A stretch of DNA of 64,000 nt from Dendrobates tinctorius (Eukaryota), in the NCBI RefSeq assembly GCF_039654945.1, contig NW_027361676.1, forward strand, positions 47,182,001 to 47,246,000, in the 5' to 3' direction. The notes under the pieces were generated by a model, which saw nothing but the letters and a program-made list of their open reading frames with translations, made no database searches and was not told the DNA's origin. The translations under genes were made by a program, and so were the position numbers. Position 1 is the first letter of the stretch. Every line of letters begins with the position of its first letter. Below, piece by piece: positions 14,134 through 24,535 of the stretch.

Positions 14134-14968
14134 TGTTAGGCGTCAGGTTTCTGCGTCTGCTCTGCAGGAATCCAGAGCCTCACATTCTGCGGTCTCATGC
14201 TGTCTATCTACTGCAGAGAAGATTACTTTGCAGCAGACCGCTCCAGAGACTAAGTTCCTCTTTGCTCCTACTGGGCATGCTCACGAGACGATCTCCCATT
14301 GGAGATCGGGAGTCATGTGCCCAGGTCCTGCTCCAGATCTCATTGGTCCATCTCGGAGATATGGAAGGTCCCGCACGGCTATAAAAAGTTAAGCCATGCG
14401 CTAGTATAGACTTTTCAAGCTAAATGTGTGAATGATGACGGATTTATGACTCTGGTGGCTGACTCATTTGAAACCCCTTCCCTCTGATATTATGCATGCG
14501 GATAGGGAATTAGTGCAGCAGTCAGCGCCAGTCAGTGGCAAGCCTTAGGCCACTTTGCACACCGCACCTCTGCTCTAGCATCTGATATTGCGCCTGCTTC
14601 CTAGCTTTGTCGACTAGTGGCTGAGTCCTACGCCACGCTGCAGTTGCAGTCCTCTTAGGTCTAGATGGACGCAGCTCCTCTGCCTTGAGTCCTGCTCCTG
14701 TGACCAGATACCGTGTGTACATTTCCCTGTGGTCTGTGACACTAACAGGCTCAGCGTTTTTGTATGTTTATGTTGCGGCGCCTCTGTGTGTGAACAGAGC
14801 CCGCTTTGTGCATTTGAACTTGGTGAACTTGAACCCGTGCGCATTATACAGCCATATTGCTCATCTGTCATTACCTAGCAGCGGTGTAACACCTACTGAA
14901 CGGTGGACCCCGAGTGGCGAACGCACTTTATTATTTATTTTATTTAGTGCGTTCCGCCGTTCCTAACA
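14134..14968 (+). mobile_element. Solo LTR (835 bp), Gypsy-like
   Basis: TGTTAGG...CCTAACA inverted termini. Perfect 5-bp TSD CCCGC (14129-14133 / 14969-14973). TATA-like ctataaaaag near 14379. Confidence 0.9.
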
Positions 14969-15809
14969 CCCGCCTTATACATTTTTTCTGGCTTTGAACT
15001 ATGTACCAAAGCTTTATGAGTATATGAGTACCACAACTACACTTTGTTCACAATACTTGAATGAGGTACTACATTTGGTGCCTTCAAGGGCGAATGGATC
15101 ACCCTACTTGTTATTTTCGGCAGTCTTTGCACTAAGTTCATAGCATTTATGAGTCTAGGAGTACCACTTCTTGACAATTTGATAATGATCTGTATGACTC
15201 CCTCCTTTATGTCCATTACAGGGTGTATCTGAGTCTCTCTTCCATCTAATTTTTGTAAGCTCTCACATACTTAATAATTTGACCTGACATTTACAATTTT
15301 TTAACAAAAAAATATGAAAAACTTATACAAATCAATAAGAAAATCAATTTTGGTTTACTTAAATTATATTTTTTTAAAATCTTTTTAAAATGTGGCCTTA
15401 TATATAAGTCATTATACAGAAAAGAATGTTTCCTAGCATTTTTTGTCAGTAAACTTCAAATTCTTTGTGATTTTGAAAGTTTTATTGTCAGTGCTTAAAA
15501 TGGAGTAAAAGTGTGACATCATTGTTCTCAGCAGCAATCTGGGAATCGTAGATGCTTCAAGAGGTCTTTCCCATTCTGTTCTCTATCCATTTAGCATTTT
15601 TTCCATCCATTTCAGCATTGTCATTGCCTCCAGACCTCCTTGTAGGGTCTGCTGGAAAAATGCTAGGCTTTCCCATTGACTCCCGTTATAATTGTTACTC
15701 AAAACGAGGACCCTAGCATTAGGATTTGCTTGGTTCGAGTAACAAGCATTCATGCCTTTTATTGCTTATTCATCCCTATTATATTTCTAATTTGTCACTA
15801 AATATTTAA

Positions 15810-17251
15810 CCCCTTAGTGACAGTGCCAATTTGGTACTAAATGACCAAGCCAATTTTTACAATTCCGAACACTGTTATTTTATGAGGTTATAGCTCTGGA
15901 ACACTTCAATGTATCCCACTGATTATGAGATTGTTTTTCATAACATATTGTACTTCATGTCAGTGGTAAAAATTTCTTCTATACAACTTACGTTTATTTA
16001 TAAAAAAAAACTGAACTTTTGCAAAAAATTTAAAAATATAGCAATTTTCAAAATTTTAATTTTGTACCCTTAAAACAGAAAGTGGTGTCACACAAAATAG
16101 TTATTAAATAACATTTCCCACATATCAACTTTGCATCAGCACAATTTTGGAAACATAATTTTTTGTTAGGACATTATAAAGGTTAAAAGTTGACCAGCAA
16201 TTTCTCATTTTTCCAACAAAATTTACAAAACCTTTTTTTAGGGATCACCTCACATTTGAATTGAGCTTGGGGGTCAATGTAACATAAAATACCCAAAAGT
16301 GACCATTCTCAAAACTGCACCTCTCAAGGTGTGCAAAACCACATTCACGAAGTTTATTAATCCTTCAGGTGTTTCACGAGAACTAAAGCAATGTGGAAGG
16401 AAAAAAATGAAAATTTTACTCATTTCACAAAATATTTCTTTTGGAACCAATTTTGTTTTATTTTCACAAGGGTATCAGGAGAAAATGGACCGCAAAATTT
16501 GTTGTGCAATTTCTCCTGAGTACGCCACAACCCTAACTTTAGCCCAACCCTAACTTTAGCCCAACCCTAATTTTAGCACATCCCTAATTTTAGCCCAGCC
16601 CTAACCCTAGCCCCAACTCTAACCCTAACTTTCGCCCAACCCTAATGGAAAATTGGAAATAAATACATTTTTTTATTTTATTATTTTTACCTAACTATAG
16701 GGGTGATAAAATGGGGTTTGATTTACTATTTTTTTTATTTTGATCATTGTGGTAAGGTCTATCACAGTGATCAAAATGAACCAATAGGAGAAATCTCATA
16801 TTACTGATGGGTGCCAGCCAGCAGATCTCAGCGGGCGCAATGCGCAAGCGCCCATCATTTTTTTCCTGAAAGAAGATGCTAAGGGCTGGGGGACAGAGCC
16901 AGAGGGACCAGGGGACATCGCAGATACCAAGGATACTCTGGGGATCCCATTTCGCTCTCCTCTTATGTGCTAGGTCACATCAGAAGAGAGAGAAAAAAAT
17001 AGGAAATCAGACTTTTTTTGCGGTTGCCGTTATTCCATGAATAACGGCGATCGCCACACCGGGATAGGTAAAAACTGACCTGAATCATACTCTCTGGGGT
17101 CTCAGCTACCCCCTGTAGCTGAGACCCTGGAGAAATTCCAACTCTTGGGAGTGACATACCCTTATTTCTCTGCACCGTTAAAAAGCAGTGTTGAGGAATA
17201 TGTATCATTAACTTGCCGCCGTTAAAAGGCGTATCGGGAGTCGTTAAGGGG
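15810..17251. mobile_element. Complete non-autonomous piggyBac-like element (deletion derivative of the family at 1-2117)
   Basis: TTAA|ccccttagtgac ... gtcgttaagggg|TTAA. One partial ~380-bp unit and a ccctaa-rich tract at 16527-16645. Confidence 0.85.
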
Positions 17252-17403
17252 TTAAAGGGAGCTATGTCAAAGTAAATGAGCAATAATCTATACCCAGCTC
17301 TAGTTTAAAGGAGTTTCATTTTTAGAGATACCTCTTTTTAAATTGCAAGTGCATCAGTGCTTGAATGGTGTCTACAGGTCTTGAAGAACATGTTGCGGTA
17401 CAT

Positions 17404-18710
17404 ATTATTAAACAACATGTATGTCAATACCTGGATAAGAATGAAGTGATTAAACAGAGTCAGCATGGGTTTGTAACTAATAAGTCATGTCAGACTAACT
17501 TAATTTCCTTCTATGACGGTATCACTGATTGGGTGGATCAAGGAAATGCTGTAGATATAGTATATCTTGACTTCAGCAAAGCATTTGACAAAGTCTCTCA
17601 TACAATCCTTATTGAAAAAATGACTAAGTATGGAATGGACAAGGCAACTGTTAGGTGGATTCATAACTGGCTTAGTGATCGGACCCAAAGAGTGGTCGTA
17701 AATGGCTGCACATCCAGTTGGAAGAATGTCTCAAGTGGGGTACCACAGGGCTCTGTCCTGGGCCCTGTATTGTTCAACATCTTTATCAACGATTTAGATG
17801 AAGGAATTGCGGGTAAATTGATTAAATTTGCTGATGACACAAAGCTAGGAGGGATAGCTAATACTAGAGAAGAGAGAGAGGATTCAAAAAGATTTAAATA
17901 AACTGGAGAAGTGGGCAGCAACTAACAGAATGTTTTTTAACAGGGAGAAATGCAAAGTACTACATCTGGGCAATAAAAATGAAAAAAGCATATATAGAAT
18001 GGGAGGAATAGGGCTAAGTGACAGCACATGTGAAAAAGACTTGGGTATACTAATAGATCACAGACTGAATATGAGTCAACAGTGTGGTGCAGCAGCAAAA
18101 AAGGCAAATGCAATTCTAGGATGTATTAACAGAAGCATACAGTCTAGATCACATGAAGTCATTATTTCCCTCTACTTCTCTTTGGTCAGACCTCATCTGG
18201 AATATTGTGTCCAGTTTTGGGCACCACATTTTAAAAAAGACATCAACAAACTGGAGCAAGTTCAGAAAAGAGCGACCAGAATGGTGACCGGTCTGCAAAC
18301 CCTGTCTTATGAGGAAAGGTTGCAGGATTTGGGAATGTTTAGTTTGCAAAAGAGAAGACTGAGAGGAGACTTAATAGCTGTCTACAAATATCTAAAGGGT
18401 TGTCACATTGTAGAAGGATCAACTTTATTCTCATTTGCACAAGGAAAGACTAGAAGCAATGGGATGAAACTGAATGGGAGGAGACACAGATTAGATATTA
18501 GAAAAAACTTTTTGACAGTTAGAGTGATCAATGAGTGGAACAGGCTGCCACGAGAAGTGGTGAGTTCTCCTTCAATGGAAGTCTTCAAATAGAGGCTGGA
18601 CAGACATCTGACTGGGATGATTTAGTGAATCCTGCTTTGAGCAGGGGGTTGGACCAGATGGCCCAGGAGGTCCCTTCCAACTCTACGATTCTATGATTCT
18701 ATGATTCTAT
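17404..18710 (+). mobile_element. CR1 LINE, 5'-truncated 3' end, same subfamily as 6886-9592
   Basis: Near-identical RT peptides in ORFs 17365-17901 and 17930-18592, with a frameshift in a GA run. ATTCTATG tail at 18687-18710. Confidence 0.97.
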
Positions 18711-19875
18711 ATAATACAATCTGTCAGAACTATAGGTGCTGATTCAAATCAGTTCACCATTTATAATCAGAAAAAAGGGCCTGAGTAGGATCCCAACGTT
18801 TTGATATCCAAATGCCCTAATCGAACATATGGTCCAGATTTTTTCATAAAACAATCCATTTAAAGAAATTTGTTATTAAAGCATAAATGTTTTACACCTA
18901 TGACTGTAATGTTGAAGCTTTTAGACCAAATCATTTGTTATTCAGTGCTTTCAAGGAATCTTTTCATGTGTCTATTCCTTAATAATAAAATAAAATTGGA
19001 TTCTCTGTCAATTTAGAATTTTATACCTTTCAGAAATTCAGATACTTAACTTTTAGATTCATGCAAAAATCCAAACTTTTATTTTTATAATATTGCCAGC
19101 AAATCCTATTTTTTTCAAGTTGTGAATATTCCACCTGGGCCTAAAGTCTGGTAGTAACAAACATAATTTAGGTTTTCTGCTCTCCCTTATAAAATCAATA
19201 AGATCGTCTTCAACTTAAAAATTGCACATTGGGAAATACATAGCATACATTTTTGAAAGAGTGCACCTGTTGATTCAAGCAGTGTCAAGCCTTAGTACAA
19301 TAGACCAACAATTAGAAATATGCTACAAATATTTTTTTGTTAAACAGAAATATAATTTTACAAGAGGAGCAGAGAAGACATTGTATGTAAGCTGTACAAG
19401 TTTGTATTTAGGAATTCTTTTCAACTCAAACACATTAAGCTATAGGTTGATTTCAAGTGACTTATACTTACCTTTAAACTTAAAAACTATCAAATAGTAC
19501 CACGTGTAACACTGTTCTAGGTTTAGACAATTAAGTTTATTAGACAATTCTCTATTGCCTTTTGATTACTATTGCATTAATCCACTGTGTATAAGGACAC
19601 ATGGTGGATAAATATTTTGTAACCACATTAGTTAGTATTAAAAACATAATGCATCATTTTGACAAGAAAATGTTAGCTCAATAATAAATGATATTTTTAG
19701 AGTGAAAATAAAAAAATGAAACATGTAACTTCAACACACTTGTCACTTACCTGACTACTTTGACAATGGTACTATTTTTAATTCACATTATAATATAATG
19801 CTGGGATATAGCTAACACGGAAGAATCATTTTCTGAAAAACAATATTTTCAATAGTAACATACTGTAGCTAATAA

Positions 19876-19879
<4 letters not shown>

Positions 19880-19912
<33 letters not shown>
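19880..19912. repeat. (TA)n(CA)n microsatellite
   Basis: Directly visible. Confidence 0.9.
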
Positions 19913-19914
<2 letters not shown>

Positions 19915-19942
19915 GTATATCTATACATATATATCTATCTAT

Positions 19943-20702
19943 TGTAAGGTAGAACTGTCATTCAAGGAGGGGGACACTCGCTTGGCAGCCAATAAATCAC
20001 ATCCAGCACGGGTTTTCCATAAAATCATAACAGTCCTTGCGGTTTATTAGGCATCAAGCCATGACCAGCAACAGAAAGTTCATATAAACGGCATAGCTTC
20101 CATGACAGAGCTTCACTCTGTTAGCAATGTCCAATACACAGGCTCTCAAGCCTCAGTTATATCCCCTGTCAGGGTTTACCTCATGGCTGCTTCTCCATGC
20201 TTCAGACGTCCATTCCTTCCTTTGGGAACTCTCAGATGCCGGCAGCCATTACTCATAGCATTCATGTGCTGTCAGGCAGGAAGCCCCATCTCCCAGCGGG
20301 ACCTTCCACATTGGACCAACCGGGTCCAAGCATTTACTCCATGTGACCTACCCTGGCCACCTTATATGGTCTTAGCCACGCCCACCGGGTCACATGTCTA
20401 TGACCTCATCACAGGTCCTTCAACCACTCATACACACTCTACAATAGCGTTCTAAACACACACCCTCAGTGGGTTTGTAGGTAACTGGGTACACCCATCT
20501 CCCCAGCTACCTGGAGACTTCTCCCTGACAAATTGAAACAGCACCTCAGCAGTATCACTGCTGATCAACACACACATAAGTCTCCATCTCAAGGCCACCC
20601 ACCTTGAGATACATAACGGTCATTAAGGATTCTGCCATTCATCCTCTCTCTTACAACATCCACACAGCACCCCCTAGCAGACACAGTGGTCACTACACCA
20701 CA
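19943..20702 (-). mobile_element. 3' LTR (760 bp) of a minus-strand LTR retrotransposon
   Basis: The minus strand begins TGTGGTGTAG and ends CTACCTTACA (7/10 inverted match). AATAAA on the minus strand at 20043-20048. Preceded by a polypurine tract. Confidence 0.75.
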
Positions 20703-20704
20703 TA

Positions 20705-20719
20705 CCTCCCCCTCTCTTC
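20705..20719 (-). other. Polypurine tract (PPT)
   Basis: GAAGAGAGGGGGAGG-TA-TGTGG on the minus strand, 2 nt before the LTR. Confidence 0.8.
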
Positions 20720-21005
20720 AAACTTGTGGGGTTGAACACACAACACTACACCAGGATCTCGAGACCGGGCACTCATTACACATTGCTCCACAGGTCGAGA
20801 GAACCGTCTCCATCCGTCATACGGCCTCATTTCTACGTTAGGCCTCCCCCGCCCCCAGCGGTCAGAATATTGGTCGTTGTCTTTGCCCCTCCAGTCACGG
20901 TCTGTCTGTGTCATCAGACACTGTTTAGTCATCACATGCCTCTCCTTGTCTGTTCTGTTCCCCGACCATCTCCCTTGGTTGGTACGGTCTTAAGTCTTAG
21001 TTAAG

Positions 21006-21720
21006 TGTTATGAATGGGTCACCAAGGAGGAAAAAACCTAAACATGCTAAGCCCAGAAAAAACAGAGAGGTTGGTAACTATGCAGATTGCAGATCCCTGA
21101 TCCTAACCACACAACTAGCAGCAGCCGTGGAGCATACCTACGATGAACTTAGACGCCTCGTCATGGCCAGAGGACTAAATAAGCCTAAAGCAAGAAAAGG
21201 GGAAAACTAACTGCCCCAGAGCAGACCCCAAATGAATAGACAGCCTTCACACATGTATTGACGGTGAAACAAGATGAAAGCACAAACACAGGCAGGAAAA
21301 TAGGCTCAGCAAACGATGGGGCCCAAACTAACTAGAAAGAAAAGGAAAGGCACTGTCTGCAATCTGCCCAAAACCCTACAAAAATAATGTCCAACACTTC
21401 TAATAACAAAATTAACCCTGAAGTCACTAGACTTCTCCCACTATATCAGCGCTCTGAAATATTCTGAGACAGAGCAAAAAGAGGCCAATCTAATAAGGGA
21501 CAAAAAGCAAATTGGCAAATACAGATAAATAAGAGTGGAAATTCAGCACAACCCCAGCCGGGGCTGGCTGACCACACAAAAAACTGAATAGAACAACAAA
21601 ATCAAGTGTGGACATTTGCAGAGAAACTTTGCTTGAGCTGACTGGAACAGAGCTGAGAACCAAGACCTGACAAGCAGAAGGAATCATCAGCACCAGAGTA
21701 GGGCGTCGGCTGTCTTAAAT
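21006..21720 (-). mobile_element. Truncated LTR of a second Gypsy-like family, nested in the element above
   Basis: Abrupt start at TGTTATGA with a switch to A-rich non-coding composition. No matching ...CA end or TSD, so the other end appears deleted. Confidence 0.5.
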
Positions 21721-23245
21721 CCAATCTGAGATTCCTGAGGTCCAATCGTCATCCTCATTATCAGGTGGCAGATCTCTACTGATCAAATCAGCCTCACTAC
21801 CTCCTGTTACCACCAGAGGGAGCCTGGAAGGAGAACTCAATGAACTCACATCAGTTAAGCCTACTGTCTGGCCTGAGTCTGACTGATTCAACGTCTCACA
21901 GGAACTACGATCTCTCAGCTTCGTCCTGCCAGTCGAACTACCACTTGATGACATTCTTCGGCCATTTGCCATATCACTTCTTGGAGGAACCCTTCGGTTC
22001 CTTACCTCTTGGGTCGAAGGCGGCCACCACCTGGTGTTCCGTACCTCTTTATTGATTCACCAACGGTCCAGCCTCAATTGCTCAATCTCTTGCAGGTACC
22101 CCACTCGGTACTCCAAGAGCATCTGAAAGTTTCTCAGGCTTTCAACGGAGCCAACCACCATGATGGGCACCATGGCCTCTACTGGATACCTGGTCTTCAT
22201 CATCAGGAGGGATCCTCGCCCTCACCACACCGGAGATATTCACAAGGTCTTGCATTACCTTCCCGAGTCTTCTGATGATTCTTCCAGTCAGACCTTTGGG
22301 TACCGGAACTGCATCTTTTCGCAAACTCAGCCGATCTATAGTCTCCCTTGCTAACTCTTGGCGTCGAGCAGCTTTCATATTACTCCACCTGACCAACTGT
22401 TTGGCATGGAGACATTGAACATACATCTCTTTCAGGACATCTATTCGGTTTGCTGTATCTTCCCTGGCTGATATTATCACCAACTGCCGAGTCTCAGGTG
22501 CCCAGTGCACCTTACACGCTTTGACCATCTCTTTGAAAGCCTCATGCACACCTTCCTCAGCACAGGCTTCTTGCATGTCTTCTGGTATATCAATCACAGC
22601 CTTGAAGGTCGTTGTCTTGCTCTCTTCCTGGACCGAAGACTCTGGCTTTACCACGGACATTTCCTTCACTACAGTTGACCCAACCTGGTGACTGTCTTCT
22701 TCAGTTCTTAGCTCACCAGCTTCACGAGGTTTTATCTCTTCATGACCCTCTGCCAAGAGGGGCACCAGCAGCTCCGTCCCACTGCAGAAGACCTTTTACT
22801 ACTCCTCTGAGTTCTTCCATCTCTTCCCTAAGGGTCTTGTTGACATTTTGCCACATTGACAGGTGACCTCTGAGCTCAGAGACTTCCTTCTCTAGCTTTT
22901 CTATTCTGTGCTCTCTTTCTCTCTCAGAACCACAGTCACCCCCAGAGTCTGAGTCACCCCAGCCTGTCGAGTAATCCTCCCAGTTACCCACTAAGCATGT
23001 GAATACTTCAGCTGTCTTATCAATCAGGTCTGTAAGTTGGGCAGACGTACCCCTTCATCCAGTCACATCTACCTCTGACCTGTCCACATCAGTAGCAGTC
23101 ACCATCTCAATATCTGTTAGCCCAACCGTAGACACGTCTCCAACCTCTTGCCCTAGGTCATCAAACCTGACAAAGTCCCAGCCCCACTCCAAGGCATAGA
23201 CTAAGTCCCATGGTATCCTGTCCCCTTGGTACTCAGCACCTATGG
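21721..23245 (-). pseudogene. FXR1-like: Degraded ORF: acidic/coiled-coil N-terminus fused to fragile-X-family KH0-KH2 region (homology ~22615-22035)
   Basis: IDIPEDMQEACAEEGVHEAFKEMVKACKVHWAPETRQLVIISA matches FXR1 [74 protein letters not shown] matches [31 protein letters not shown]. After a frameshift near 22185, AMVPIMVVGSVESLRNFQMLLEYRVGYLQEIEQLRLDR matches [38 protein letters not shown]. FXR1 sequence is recalled from memory. Confidence 0.85.
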
Positions 23246-23568
23246 GCTAGTAGTCCCATCATCCGGCTAATATGCTGAATTTAAAAAAAAAAAACATACT
23301 ACATATATACTACATTCATACAACATACATACATACTACATACTACATACATGCTACATATATACTACATTCATACAACATACATACTACATACATGATA
23401 CATATATACTACAGTCATGGCCAAAAGTTTTGAGAATGACACAAATATTATATTTTCACATGATCTGCTGCCCTCTGGTTTTTATGTGTGTTTGTCAGAT
23501 GTTTTTATCACATACAGAAATATAATTGCAATCATATTATGAGCAACAAAAGGTTATATTGACAGTTA

Positions 23569-24512
23569 GGCTGAGTTCAGACGTAACGTTTTTTTCGCGT
23601 TTCCGCGGCGGTTTTAACCGTGCGATTTTGCCGCGAAAACGCAAAAAATAAGCATCCCATGCATTCCTATGGGATTCCGCAATGCTGTGCTAATGCTGCG
23701 GTTTTTACCGCGGCGGAATCGCTTCGCGGTAAAAACCGCAGCATGCTCATTAATTTGCGGAATCGCGGCGATCCCGCACCCATAGGAATGCATTGTTCCG
23801 CTTACTTTCCGCATGTGGCTGTGCCCACCATGAGGAAAGTAAGCAGAACAATTGCGGATGGTACCCACGGTCCGGAGGAGAGGAGACTGTCCTCCGGGCT
23901 TTGGGTACCATATCCCTGTAAAAAATAGAATTTAAAATAAAAAATATTGTTATTCTTACCTTCCGACGTCCCGCGCAGCCTTCCCGCCTCTCTCCACGCT
24001 CTCGTTCCCAGTAGTCCTTTGCGAAAATGCTCGCGATGATGTCCTTTCTCGCAGGATCGCGAAGTCTCGCGGTCATTCGCGCGACGTCATCGCGAATCAC
24101 CGCGAGACGTCGCGATCCCGCGAGAACTGACGTCATCGCGGGCATTTTCGCAAAGGATTACTGGGAACGAATGCGCGGGACGTCGGAGGGTGAGAATAAC
24201 ACTATTTTTTTTTTTTTTTTTACATTCTATCTTTTACTACTGATGCTGCATAGGCGGCCTCAGTAGTAAAAAGTTGGTCACACTCGTCAAACACTATGTT
24301 TGACGAGTGTGACCAACCTGTCAATCAGCTCTCCAAGCGATGCTCCAGATCGCTTGGAAAACGCTAGCATTTTGCAAGCTAATTACGCTTGCAAAATGCT
24401 AGTTTTTCCGCGGGAAAATCGCGGGAATTTAAAACGCGATTTTCCCGTGGACTGGAATTCCGGAATTCTCGCGGTAATTTCCGCGAGAGTTCCGGTACGT
24501 GTGCACTTAGCC
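23569..24512. mobile_element. PIF/Harbinger-type MITE (CpG-rich, young)
   Basis: TIRs ggctgagttcagacgta / tacgtgtgcacttagcc (14/17). Absent from Tc1 copy B, whose empty site is gacag-tta-gaatgag. Flanks TTA/TAT. Confidence 0.85.
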
Positions 24513-24535
24513 TATGAATGAGTTAATGCAGCAAG

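Larger units (their letters stand above)
4344..15778. mobile_element. Large non-autonomous hAT-type element (outer), host to several nested insertions
   Basis: Termini TAGGGATGA (4344) and TCATCCCTA (15778). Flanking 8-mers aaatattt/ttatattt match 6/8 (degenerate TSD). Subterminal (c/t)tcgagta motifs at both ends. The internal 90-bp array is continuous across the inner insertion. Confidence 0.6.
20703..23247 (-). mobile_element. Internal region of an LTR retroelement carrying a captured FXR1/FMR1-like segment; 5' part lost
   Basis: A degraded long minus-strand reading frame leads toward the PPT and LTR. It is interrupted by a second LTR fragment (21006-21720) and truncated at the hAT junction near 23247. 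Confidence 0.65.

Noticed and set aside
19745-19835. Minus-strand exon-like segment (ttttcag ... cag|gtaagt)
   Set aside because: All three frames contain stops; there is no support for coding.
19943-20655. Alternative solo LTR ending at cttaca (20655)
   Set aside because: No TSD. The PPT position supports the boundary at 20702.
21721-23245. Functional host fxr1/fmr1 gene
   Set aside because: Intronless, lacks the Agenet and KH1 domains, is highly diverged, has stops and frameshifts, and is embedded in LTR sequence.
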